64,000 bases of DNA from NCBI GenBank assembly GCA_031082125.1, contig JAVHLM010000007.1, positions 102,669-166,668 on the forward strand, given 5' to 3'. Position 1 is the stretch's first letter, and every line of letters begins with the position of its first letter. A program made the translations under genes and the position numbers. A model generated the notes under the pieces. It ran no database searches and was not told the DNA's origin. It saw only the letters and a program-made list of their open reading frames with translations. This document shows, piece by piece, positions 19,549 to 28,678 of this stretch. Origin of the DNA: Vulcanimicrobiota bacterium. Its GTDB lineage: Bacteria; Vulcanimicrobiota; CADAWZ01; Ess09-12.

Positions 19549-20538
19549 ATGGCAGACGTTTTTGACATTATTCTTCTTCTCGCGCTCCCGGCCTCGGGAA
19601 AGTCGGAAACAAGGACATTCATCGCCGCTCAGGAGGAGAAGGCCAAGAAAGAGATCTTTCACCTGGGAAAGGATGCGCAGATGGATGACTTCCTCTATGT
19701 GCACCTTATGAGATGCATTGACGTGGAACTGAAGAAGGCCGGGGGAGACTATGTCTTCTTTCACGCTCCTGACAAGACCTTCAAGGAAGCCGTCTCCTGG
19801 GGCGTCCTCACCCTTCTTCTCAGCGACGACTATGAGCAGCTTATCGATAAGCATGGCGTCATAGACACAAAAGTTGAAGATCTCTACAGGAGAATCGATG
19901 ACGCGAGGGCAAGGCTCAATGCGAAGCCAATCTTTTACAGCAGCGGCAAGCCCCTTATTGACGAGGACAAGCTCCGCAGGGTGGCTGACGCCCTGAGGGA
20001 AGAATACAGGAAGATGCAGGAAGAGCGGGAGACCCAGATACCCAAGGACATGACGGGCGCAACGCTCATCATTGAGTTTGCCCGTGGTGGCGCCGAAGGC
20101 TCGTCAATGCCCCTTTCCTACGGCTATGAATACAACCTGAAGCTTCTTACCCCCAAGATACTTGAGAAGGCGGCCATACTCTACGTGTGGGTCACCCCGG
20201 AGGAGTCCCGCAGAAAGAACAGGGAGAGGGAGGATCCCAACGACCCCGGGAGCATCCTGGCCCATGGAGTCCCCGAAGAGGTGATGCGCAAGGAATATGG
20301 CTGTGACGACATTGAGCACCTCATGGGCAAGTCTGACCAGGAAGGCTTTATCAAGGTGGAGCGCCCGGAAAGGTCCTATTACCTGCCGATCCAGCGCTTT
20401 GACAACAGGAAGGACAAGACCTCCTTTGTGAGGAGCAATGTCTGGAAGGATGAGGACAGCAAAGCCCTTTATGACGGCCTGAGCGAGGCCTGCATAAAGC
20501 TTTATGAGAAATACCGCTCACAGGTGCACCCTGTCTGA
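19549..20538 (+). CDS. Hypothetical P-loop NTPase/kinase-like protein
   Basis: LALPASGKSE Walker-A-like motif near the N-terminus and IIEFARG. Start at ATG 19549 after AAGGAGG; the ORF track start is 19441. Confidence 0.7.
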   Translation: MADVFDIILLLALPASGKSETRTFIAAQEEKAKKEIFHLGKDAQMDDFLYVHLMRCIDVELKKAGGDYVFFHAPDKTFKEAVSWGVLTLLLSDDYEQLIDKHGVIDTKVEDLYRRIDDARARLNAKPIFYSSGKPLIDEDKLRRVADALREEYRKMQEERETQIPKDMTGATLIIEFARGGAEGSSMPLSYGYEYNLKLLTPKILEKAAILYVWVTPEESRRKNREREDPNDPGSILAHGVPEEVMRKEYGCDDIEHLMGKSDQEGFIKVERPERSYYLPIQRFDNRKDKTSFVRSNVWKDEDSKALYDGLSEACIKLYEKYRSQVHPV

Positions 20539-20555
20539 GGAAGGAAAGCCTTCCT

Positions 20556-21275
20556 GTGGAGCTGGTAAAGATCTTAGTGGGATTTCTCGGGGCGCTTTTC
20601 GTGGGCTTCGGCATATCGCTTTTTGAAAGAGCCCGCGAGGTGGCAGGCGTTTCACGGGAGTATTTCAGGCTCGCCGTGGAGTCCGTAATAAATCTCAATG
20701 ACAGAAAAGAGCGGAGGGTCCGTGTAAAAGGCACGGTAAAGCCCTCCGCTTCTCTTCTGGCGGGGCCTTTTACCGGCAAGGAGTGCGTATACTGCAAATA
20801 CAGAGTGCTCACGAGGCGCTCCTTCCTTCCGTCAACACAGACTGTGGAAGGGAAAGAGGAGACGGTCTTCATGGTGGAAGATCCCACTGGCGCCGTTCTC
20901 GTTGAGCCTTTCGGGGGAAGGTTCATCATAAGGCATGACACTCTGAGCGAAGACGATCTCTCTGCTGACTCCGCTGCGAGGCTCAGGGATCTTATGGAAA
21001 AAAAAGCAATGCGCAAAGGGAGCTCCCTGACCATCATAGAGGAGCACCTGGAGCCTGAAGAGCCGGTGACGGTCCTTGGCACGTACTGTCCATCAGCAGG
21101 AGACGGCAGGGGGAGCATCGGCCTCTCAAGGAAATCCCCCCTTATAGTCGTGAGGTGCTCCGACGAGGCCTTCGCCCTTCTTCACCGCCGGGCCTGGTCA
21201 AGGCTCCTGCTGCTGGGGCTCTGCTTTCTCGCCGCCGGCCTTTTCAACCTTTACCTCCTCTTTTTCTTCCGATGA
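20556..21275 (+). CDS. GIDE-domain-like membrane protein
   Basis: N- and C-terminal TM helices; VRVKG...GPFTGKECVY...FMVEDPTGAVLVEP pattern typical of GIDE domains. Confidence 0.55.
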   Translation: MELVKILVGFLGALFVGFGISLFERAREVAGVSREYFRLAVESVINLNDRKERRVRVKGTVKPSASLLAGPFTGKECVYCKYRVLTRRSFLPSTQTVEGKEETVFMVEDPTGAVLVEPFGGRFIIRHDTLSEDDLSADSAARLRDLMEKKAMRKGSSLTIIEEHLEPEEPVTVLGTYCPSAGDGRGSIGLSRKSPLIVVRCSDEAFALLHRRAWSRLLLLGLCFLAAGLFNLYLLFFFR

Positions 21276-23798
21276 GGAGGAGTTTTCCCCTTTTGGCTGC
21301 AGCGGGCTTTTCTGAGGCCTTTCCCCGCGCGGGGCAAGGAGAAGTAAGAGGAGGCCCGTCAATGATGTCGCCACCGTGATGAGAATTCCCTTTTTGAAGA
21401 GTGTCGGCCTGAAGGAGAGGACCACGCGGTGGCTTCCTTTTCCCAGCGCCACTGCCTGGAAGGCGTAATTGGCCTTCAATACTTCAGCGGGCCTGCCGTC
21501 AACGGCTGCTTCCCACCCGGGGTAGAAGACCTGGGATATGAAGAGAATTGACTTCTCACTGCAGTGAGCAGTGATAGTAACAATGTCGGGAGCGTATTCC
21601 TCAATGGAAGTCCCTGTCCCCTCCTCTGCTGCCGGGGTATCAGCTGAAAAATGAGGCTCATGCTCAAGACAGGCGGTCTCTTCAGGACTGAAGTCCTTCG
21701 AAGAGACGCGGTTCAATATGGCTTCACGGGAATCCACCCTGAAACCCTTCACGAGATATGCCCTGGGGAGCGCCGCCAGATTCTCATAAATGACAACCCT
21801 GTCACGCAGGACCTCCCTGAGTGTGCTGTCAGGCCCGGGGAGGGGCTTTTCAAGAATGAAGTAGCGCACGTTGAGCATTGAAAAGACGGGCGACTGATAG
21901 CCTGTCATCTTCACCACGTTGCCGAATATGACCCTTTCCTGAGCCCTGAAGCCTGACTCGACGGTGCTCATCAGCTGCTGAAACCATGAGGGGTAGAGTG
22001 ACTGGCCGCCGCCGGCGTCATCTATGGAAAAAACCTGGAAAAGATTGTTCGGATCGGGAGACGCAAGGTTCAGCACGCGGAAAGGGCCCTGCTGCGCCAT
22101 GAGATACCTGAGAGGAGGAGTGGGCTCAGGGGCCTTTCTTTCCGTGACGGGGATATATAGAATTCCTGAGAGGCCGAGATCCGCCATCACGAGGAACAAT
22201 GCCAGGTGTGATGCGAGTTTCACCTGAAGCGAGCCTCTCTGGAAGGCGCGGAGCACAAGCGCCCCTGCCGCGAGGATAATGGCGGGAAGGAACAGCCAGA
22301 GGTTCATTGGGCTGTAATAAGAGGCGATGGCTTTCATATATTCAAGGTACATCTCGGGGCCTCTCCCGCAGGTGAAGGAATACTGCACGCGGGGGAATCC
22401 CCATTTCAGGAGCGGGATGAAGAGGCCAGGGATGGCCTGGAAGAGGAGCACTGTGGCGAAGCATATGCCGTAGAAGGCCAGGAGGATTATCACGGTGGAG
22501 GTGACGGGCTTCCGTGCCTCCTTTTCTTCGAAATAACGGTGAAAACCTGAGGCGGCGAGTATGCAGAGGCAGAAGAGAGCAAGATATATGAACCTTCCCG
22601 GGATCATTTTGTTAAAGAGGGGAAGGAAGGTAAAGACAGGGTAGTAAAAGATGGTGCAGCCGGCCCACAGAAGGGCGCAGAGGGCCGCGAAGGCGAAGAA
22701 AAGACGCTCCCTTGCCCTGCATGACAGGATACCTGCTACGGCGAAGGGGATGGAGAGGATCCCGATATACCAGCAGGTCTCATGGTACATCATGGAGCCC
22801 CTGGCGAAGAAGTGGAGGCCCAGGGCGGGGTTTCCCAGCGCCTGGGGGCAGAGAAAGGTGAGGAGAAAGGTCCAGAGGGGCGCCGAGTAAAGCTGGAAGA
22901 CCTCATTCCACGTGAAGGCTTCACGCTGGGTGTACCTGAGCATCTCCACGGAGAGGAGGGTCTGTACCGCCGAGACCCCGAAGGCGAAAAGGCCTGTAAG
23001 CAGAAAGGAGAGGGCGCATCTTCTCAGGCTCGTGGAGCCGGTGAAGACCATGAAGAGGCCGTAGGCGAAGAAAAAGAGGGCGAAGTAGAGGGAATACTGG
23101 AGAAGGGCCACGAGCTGGTAGACTCCCAGGATCATCCCCGTGATGACGGCGTACCGTGCCTTCTGCTCCATGATGCTTTTCCTGAAGAAGAGAAAGGCCA
23201 GGGGGAAATAGGCGTTCACGTTGGCGATGTCACCGTACTCGAGCCATCCCGTCGCCAGGCCTGAAAACATCCATATCACCGCGGCAAGGAGCGAGGCGCA
23301 GGGTGAGCACTGGAAGCTTCGCGCCAGGAAAAACATGGCGATGCCGGCGACGAGCGTGTGAATAAAGATGAGGAGGCCGTGGGCCTTTTCCACGGGGAGG
23401 AGGCGGTGGGCAAGCATCTTGACGGGGTAGAACAGGCCGGCCCTTGCGTCGGGCACGACGGGAAAGCCGCACATGGAGTGGGGGTTCCAGAGCCACGTGC
23501 GGCCCTGGTGGCACATCCTGTTGTAGAAGAAGTCTGCAGGGTAGCCGTAGGCGATGATGTCGCCGAGCTGGTAGTTCCATTTCTCATCGGGGAGCATCCC
23601 GCCGAAGACGGGGTCATTGGAGATGAGCCCCGTGGCGAGGTAGGCTTTCCCGCCGAAGATGAAGTCGGAGAAGAAGAGCACGGCGAGAAGGGCGATGGCT
23701 GCAAGGTAGATTCCTGTCCGTAGGCGGTGGCTCATAAAGGATGTTTCTCCGCGGGGGGGAAAAGTCTTGCAAGCGAAGTCTGTATTCATCGCTCTCAT
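21198..23798 (-). CDS. YfhO-family (GT-C-like) membrane protein
   Basis: WNPHSMCGFP, YPVKML, many TM helices, C-terminal FYPGWEAAVDG...NYAFQAV motif. Alternative start ATG 23735. Confidence 0.85.
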   Translation of the reverse strand: MRAMNTDFACKTFPPRGETSFMSHRLRTGIYLAAIALLAVLFFSDFIFGGKAYLATGLISNDPVFGGMLPDEKWNYQLGDIIAYGYPADFFYNRMCHQGRTWLWNPHSMCGFPVVPDARAGLFYPVKMLAHRLLPVEKAHGLLIFIHTLVAGIAMFFLARSFQCSPCASLLAAVIWMFSGLATGWLEYGDIANVNAYFPLAFLFFRKSIMEQKARYAVITGMILGVYQLVALLQYSLYFALFFFAYGLFMVFTGSTSLRRCALSFLLTGLFAFGVSAVQTLLSVEMLRYTQREAFTWNEVFQLYSAPLWTFLLTFLCPQALGNPALGLHFFARGSMMYHETCWYIGILSIPFAVAGILSCRARERLFFAFAALCALLWAGCTIFYYPVFTFLPLFNKMIPGRFIYLALFCLCILAASGFHRYFEEKEARKPVTSTVIILLAFYGICFATVLLFQAIPGLFIPLLKWGFPRVQYSFTCGRGPEMYLEYMKAIASYYSPMNLWLFLPAIILAAGALVLRAFQRGSLQVKLASHLALFLVMADLGLSGILYIPVTERKAPEPTPPLRYLMAQQGPFRVLNLASPDPNNLFQVFSIDDAGGGQSLYPSWFQQLMSTVESGFRAQERVIFGNVVKMTGYQSPVFSMLNVRYFILEKPLPGPDSTLREVLRDRVVIYENLAALPRAYLVKGFRVDSREAILNRVSSKDFSPEETACLEHEPHFSADTPAAEEGTGTSIEEYAPDIVTITAHCSEKSILFISQVFYPGWEAAVDGRPAEVLKANYAFQAVALGKGSHRVVLSFRPTLFKKGILITVATSLTGLLLLLLAPRGERPQKSPLQPKGENSSSSEEKEEVKVEKAGGEKAEPQQQEP

Positions 23799-23873
23799 TC
23801 ATGATATAATTGAAAGAGGTGCGGGATGTCCCTGAGGTGAGGCATTGTTAGTCCGGCAGACAAGGAGGTCACC

Positions 23874-24074
23874 ATGAGAATTGAGATAGAAACGGAAGAA
23901 GATGGCCGTTGGATCGCTGAAATACCGGAGCTCCCCGGAGTGATGGCATATGGTCAAAGCAGGCAGGAAGCTATCCGCAGTGTGAAAGCACTGGCTTTAC
24001 GTGTGCTGGCTGACAGGCTTGATCATGGAGAGGCCATCCCGGAGCTTGGCCATATGTTTGCCATAGCGTCATGA
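23874..24074 (+). CDS. hicB: HicB-family antitoxin (short form)
   Basis: IETEEDGRWIAEIPELPGVMAYGQSRQEA; RBS AAGGAGG. Confidence 0.9.
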   Translation: MRIEIETEEDGRWIAEIPELPGVMAYGQSRQEAIRSVKALALRVLADRLDHGEAIPELGHMFAIAS

Positions 24075-24187
24075 TAAAATGGCCGTCTGTTAAGGCACAA
24101 AAGCTTCTTAATGCTTTGCTTCAGATCGGGCCGCGGATGCTGGCGCGTATTGCAAAGAAGACCGGTATATCGCCAGGTGATCTGTAA
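24071..24187 (+). pseudogene. hicA: HicA toxin remnant with a central in-frame deletion (38 aa)
   Basis: ATGA overlap with the hicB stop. Translates as MIKWPSVKAQKLLNALLQIG-PRMLARIAKKTGISPGDL: HicA-like N- and C-termini, but the GSH-containing core is absent. Confidence 0.75.
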
Positions 24188-24368
24188 GACCTGGACACTG
24201 AATCCTCTCAATCAATCTCTCTGGCCTGACAAAGAGGGATATTATTTTTTAAAGTATTCTCCTGCTTGCGGCGGGCTTAACCCGAAGCTTTGTCGAGCAT
24301 TGTGTTTATGGTCCTGATGTGTCCCATGCTCTGAAGGAGGAGATCGAGCGTCTCCGCCATCTTTTCCT

Positions 24369-24551
24369 GTGAAGGGGCATCTATATAGCGCTCCAGGCTG
24401 TCCAGCATCATCTGCAGGATACTGTGAGCTCTCAAGAAGGGTCATAAGAAGGCTTTTTATTTACAGGGAAGTCATTCTCACGCCTGAATACCGCGTCTTC
24501 GCCAAGCATCTGGAAACCTGCGTGAAATGCGCGGATTACCTGATGTTGTAA
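24369..24551 (+). CDS. Possible small zf-HC2/ZAS-like protein or fragment
   Basis: C...HLETCVKC (HxxxCxxC); no clear RBS. Confidence 0.25.
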   Translation: MKGHLYSAPGCPASSAGYCELSRRVIRRLFIYREVILTPEYRVFAKHLETCVKCADYLML

Positions 24552-24582
24552 AGGGGAATGGGTCACTGAAGAGGGCATCACC

Positions 24583-25013
24583 ATGCTGGTATTTTCCTGC
24601 CACGCCGATACATGCTTTTACTCCCACACGCTCAGGCGTCTTGAAGATGGGGTGGTTGAAGGCAACCTGGATAATTTTGCCGGCGTCCATGCGGTAATGA
24701 AAGCTTATTTCTCTGGAAGGCTCTCGAGCGATCACCTCAGGATTGAGCTTACTCATGGCGAGGAAGATGACTCTGAAGGTGCGCATGATGTTCTCAGAAC
24801 GTTGCGAAAACATGACTTTGTGCTTGTGTGGATGTTTATAGAGAGCGGCTCGACAAAGTCTGCCTTCTCGCGATGCCTATAACCGGCGGCGATTATAATG
24901 AACAGGTGGTGAGGTGCCGGGAGAAGAGCATTGAGGCCGCAGCCGAGGCTCTGTGTAGAATAGCGGAGCATTTTCCAAGATTCTGCAGGGAGCACGGGAT
25001 AGTTCAGACTTAG
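24583..25013 (+). pseudogene. M28/M20-like peptidase, frameshifted near 24826
   Basis: HADT, DNFAG and GEE ligand motifs in the 24583 frame; C-terminal half (DVY...GGDYNE...EALCRIA) in the 24828 frame. Confidence 0.6.
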
Positions 25014-25073
25014 GATAAGGCATTAAATAAGCATAATGATGAGCCTGAGAGGAGGGGGCTCGCATGAGTAAGA

Positions 25074-27428
25074 TTAAGTGATGGAATCGCCGGAGCCCGC
25101 CAGGACTCCCTTTTGATAGACCAGGAAGGGAGTGCCTTCCGAGAGGGAGCCGAAGGTGAAGGTAAGATCATAGGGCGCCCTGCCCTTCACGGTGAGGGTC
25201 CGCAGGCCATGGAGGAGGTGGAGGTGGCAGGCCTCGCAGAGCACGATGAGGTTCCAGGGGTCATCGGTGCCGCCCTGGGAGCGCCTGATGATGTGATGCA
25301 CGTGCAAATTCCGACGGCACCGGCAGCCGGGGGTCTGGCAGCGAAACCGGTCGCGCTTCAGGATTTTGTGATGATGGGCCGCTTTTTTCAAGGTTCCCTC
25401 AGTGACAATGTAGTCTGCCAGGAGGGCTGCAAGGAATTTCTCTTCCGGTTGGCCCAGGTTGTCGGCTGCTTCCGCGAGGGCAAGGCGGCCGAGAAAGGCA
25501 TGGACCGCCAGGTTCCAGATTTCAAGGAGCTCCCGGGGGAGAAAGAATTTTATCATCATGGAGCTTCCTGCCGCCGGCGAGGGATCTCCCGCCGTGAGGA
25601 TGTCCACCAGGAAGGTCTCCTCGGGATTCTCGCCCCGGGGGATGGTACAGATCTGCCGGGCTTTTTGCCCCGCACACAGCCTCGAATTTCTTTCAATTTC
25701 AAGGGAAGCCTCGGAGGCCATCATCTCATCGACATCGCTGAAGTACCTCCAGGGCGCATCAAAGCGCCTGTCGCGGCCTGCAATGAGCTTCTCGTCGTCT
25801 GACGCGAGAGGCCACGAAGAGCAAAGAGAGGGGCCCTTATACCACGAGCCATCACGTATGCAGTCCTGCACCTCCGGAGAAAGGCCCCGGAACCTCTCGT
25901 CGGTGAGATAGCGGAGGCCGGGAAGCAAAGTATAATTGTGGGAGACCAGGCAGTCATATTCAAGGATCCTGGCAACTCGCCCCGCCTCTTCCCTGAGGTC
26001 CGCCGTGGGCACGCTCGCGGCATAGGCAATCCACTGCGATTCATTCCTGGAGTCCACCAGGGGGAGAATGAGGCGCGCCTGCTCCCTGGTGATGACGCCC
26101 TTCCTGAAGGCGTCTTCGGTGAGGGAGTGGCGGCGGAATCCCTCGGCGAGCCTGATGAGCTGGCGGGTCTGCGCCATCGAGAAGCCGCAGCGCTCCCCTG
26201 CATAGTCCTCGATGAACTCATAGCCGAGAAGGCGGTGGAGCTGCCGATCATCCATCGCCCGAAGGAGCATTCCCGCGGCCACGTCAAGCCTCTGGCGGAT
26301 GGAGGCGGCCCTCCGGAGGCGGCCCGCAAACGCCCTGGCGGAGACCCCGGCGTATTCTCCGCCGGACCGGGCCTCTTCCAGCCACGACGGAAAATGGATG
26401 CTCCAGGGCAGCTCCCAGGGAGCGCCGCAGGAAGGGCTTCCGAAGGCCTTCCCGACACCCTCATCGGGATCGCTCACACGCCGGTTTCCCATCCTTCTCT
26501 TCATGAGGGGCACCCGTGAGAAGAGGGGGCGATTTCCCTTGGCATCAAGGGCCGGAAGCTCCGGGGCGGCTTCCCCTGAGGCAAGGAAATTCGCAAGGAG
26601 AGCCTCGACAAATCCTGAGACAGGCCCGTCATAGTGCTCTTTGTCCCGGAAGAGGGAGAGGGCGAAGTCCCAGGTGAGGGCAAGGGAGGGCGGCACGCTG
26701 AAATACATCATCGTGCCCTCAGCCTCGTCACCGTGCGCATCATCGCACGCCCCGCCCGCTGCGCGCAGACTTCCTTCAGAACCGGGAGCCCCATCGGCCT
26801 TCCCTTCAGCGAGGGCCCTTTTCACTTCCTGCTCGAGGCCGCACAGCGAGCGCCCACTGGCAATGGCGAGCCACTCACCCTCGTTCTCGGGCATGATGAC
26901 CCTCGAAAGATGCCTGAGAGCGCTCTTCGCGATCCTGCCCTCAAGATAGGCCTCCCGGGTGAGGGGGAGCGCCTTGAGGAGATCGAAGTTGTGCATCAGC
27001 TCCGATGCGGTGCGCCCGGAGAACGAGAGATGCTCCGTGGCGAAGGTGCCCATGGAGCGGTATCCTAACTGATCAACCCCTTTCGTTTTAAGAGTGACGA
27101 GAAGGCCGCCGAGTGCAAGATCAAGTGCCAGGCGGCCGCGGACTGCCTCGCAGAGCAGAAAATCAATGCGCTTTGCCCGCTCATCCCTGTCGATTGAGCC
27201 GAAGGAGATATCCTCGGTGAGCTTTTCCGCTTCGGGGATGAGGCCCTCCCTGGTGAGCTTGACGAGGTGCTCCGGCCTGCAGGGCCCTCCCGCGGAAAGC
27301 TCATAAGGCTCCGGCAGGAGCAGCATGTCCTCGTAATCCTGAGAAGACAATGGATTACCGAGGTGAAGAAGCTCTTCTTCATCTGGAAGGAACAGGGCAG
27401 TAACGGAACGAGTCTCATGTGTATCCAT
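25074..27428 (-). CDS. Large HNH endonuclease-domain protein with DUF222-like N-terminal region
   Basis: C-terminal RDRFRCQTPGC...HVHHIIRRSQGGTDDPWNLIVLCEACH. Start at ATG 27428; the ORF track start is 27491. Confidence 0.85.
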   Translation of the reverse strand: MDTHETRSVTALFLPDEEELLHLGNPLSSQDYEDMLLLPEPYELSAGGPCRPEHLVKLTREGLIPEAEKLTEDISFGSIDRDERAKRIDFLLCEAVRGRLALDLALGGLLVTLKTKGVDQLGYRSMGTFATEHLSFSGRTASELMHNFDLLKALPLTREAYLEGRIAKSALRHLSRVIMPENEGEWLAIASGRSLCGLEQEVKRALAEGKADGAPGSEGSLRAAGGACDDAHGDEAEGTMMYFSVPPSLALTWDFALSLFRDKEHYDGPVSGFVEALLANFLASGEAAPELPALDAKGNRPLFSRVPLMKRRMGNRRVSDPDEGVGKAFGSPSCGAPWELPWSIHFPSWLEEARSGGEYAGVSARAFAGRLRRAASIRQRLDVAAGMLLRAMDDRQLHRLLGYEFIEDYAGERCGFSMAQTRQLIRLAEGFRRHSLTEDAFRKGVITREQARLILPLVDSRNESQWIAYAASVPTADLREEAGRVARILEYDCLVSHNYTLLPGLRYLTDERFRGLSPEVQDCIRDGSWYKGPSLCSSWPLASDDEKLIAGRDRRFDAPWRYFSDVDEMMASEASLEIERNSRLCAGQKARQICTIPRGENPEETFLVDILTAGDPSPAAGSSMMIKFFLPRELLEIWNLAVHAFLGRLALAEAADNLGQPEEKFLAALLADYIVTEGTLKKAAHHHKILKRDRFRCQTPGCRCRRNLHVHHIIRRSQGGTDDPWNLIVLCEACHLHLLHGLRTLTVKGRAPYDLTFTFGSLSEGTPFLVYQKGVLAGSGDSIT

Positions 27429-27463
27429 GATTGTATCATAGCATATCAGCCAAAAAACATCAA
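27426..27463 (-). promoter_or_regulatory. Sigma70 promoter, leaderless configuration, for the HNH gene
   Basis: Minus strand reads TTGATG-N17-TATGAT (with extended TG), 6 nt, then ATG; no RBS. Confidence 0.65.
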
Positions 27464-27705
27464 ACAGGCTGCCCCTCTCAAACCTTATCACAGAGAGGAT
27501 AAAATGCCGTCACAGGATGCCCTCCAGAGGGCCCGGAAGAGGTTGAAAGGCCAAAAATGACTCTGAATGCCATGAAGCGAGAGTCAGTGAAGGACCAGGC
27601 CGGTTTCCCCGCGTTTCAGATCCAGTCTGTCGCCGGGCATAAGGTTTTTTTGCGCGGGAAAGATTTTATAAGACAGCGGAAACCATGATCCCATGTTCCT
27701 GAACC

Positions 27706-27741
27706 CAAAAATAAAGGGACTTCTCCCCAAAGGAGGAGTCC
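27706..27741 (-). terminator. Probable terminator downstream of mazF
   Basis: GGACTTCTCC-CCAAA-GGAGGAGTCC stem (27717-27741) with one non-Watson-Crick pair, followed on the minus strand by TTTATTTTT. Confidence 0.5.
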
Positions 27742-27874
27742 TTGTCACTTTTCTCCACGGAAAACCTAAATATTATGATCATACTTTTTCACTGACACCT
27801 ATATGGCAGCGAATGAAGCTCTAATGATTTCAATGAATGAAAAAGCTTGTTTAATACTGAGGGGGAGCATGATG

Positions 27875-28210
27875 CTATCCGACTATATCCATCAGGCCTT
27901 CAATAATGCTTTCCAACTCTTCGTAGCCTGCAGTGCCGATTTTTTTGCCCAGCCGGTCGGTGGACAAAGTTCTTATCTGGCCGATCTTCACCCAGGAAGG
28001 CCTCGTAAGACCATGGGAGCTCAGTCTGTATGACAAAGGGAAGCCGGCGGCGGGCTCCCTGCTTGTGACCGCCAATGCTATGACCGTACCGCTTCTCTCG
28101 TTGAAGATATCCTGGCTTATCACGAGGACGGGCCTTTTGCCCGCCTGTTCTCTTCCCCTGACGGGATCAAGATCTGCCCAGAATATATCACCTCTCAGTA
28201 TTTTTCCCAT
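27875..28210 (-). CDS. mazF: PemK/MazF-family mRNA interferase toxin
   Basis: RGDIFWADLDPVRGREQAGKRPVLVIS, VKIGQIRTLSTDRL. Confidence 0.92.
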   Translation of the reverse strand: MGKILRGDIFWADLDPVRGREQAGKRPVLVISQDIFNERSGTVIALAVTSREPAAGFPLSYRLSSHGLTRPSWVKIGQIRTLSTDRLGKKIGTAGYEELESIIEGLMDIVG

Positions 28211-28437
28211 GCCTTATTCACCGCGTCAAATCCTTCTTCTGAGAGCTTTCTCTCTTCCTCGGGCACAACCTGTGATAGGGCGCTCTGCAATCGGTTCTTC
28301 CGCCACCGTGCAATTCTTTCTTTCAGAACTTCCTGGATTGCTTTGCTTCTGTTGGGATATAGGCCCTCCGATACCCATAAATCTATTTCTTTAAGGCATT
28401 CATGCTCTAATGTGATAGCAATTTTAGCACTGGCCAC
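28195..28437 (-). CDS. Ribbon-helix-helix (CopG-type) antitoxin
   Basis: KIAITLE...YPNRSKAIQEVL; GTG 28437 after GAGGTG; overlaps the toxin start. Confidence 0.85.
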   Translation of the reverse strand: MASAKIAITLEHECLKEIDLWVSEGLYPNRSKAIQEVLKERIARWRKNRLQSALSQVVPEEERKLSEEGFDAVNKAWEKY

Positions 28438-28678
28438 ACAAATCACCTCTGGTAATCTATTTTATCAACCCAATCTTTCTTTGTCAATCATAGAGCCACT
28501 ATGCAATGTCATACGATAGTTACAATGGATGGGCAGGTCAGTGCCTATCCATTGTGTGTAAGAAAGAATATGGAGTGGAAAAATCAAGGGACTGACCCAA
28601 ACTAACGTGGATTACCAGGAAGGCAGAGCCACAAACAACTTGAAATAGTTGTTGAGTAATCTAAAGGAGGTCAGTCCC

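Noticed and set aside
28522-28554. Hairpin CAATGGATGGGCA / TGCCTATCCATTG as a terminator
   Set aside because: It has no U-tract and overlaps the IS left sub-terminal inverted repeat, so it is treated as part of the element end.
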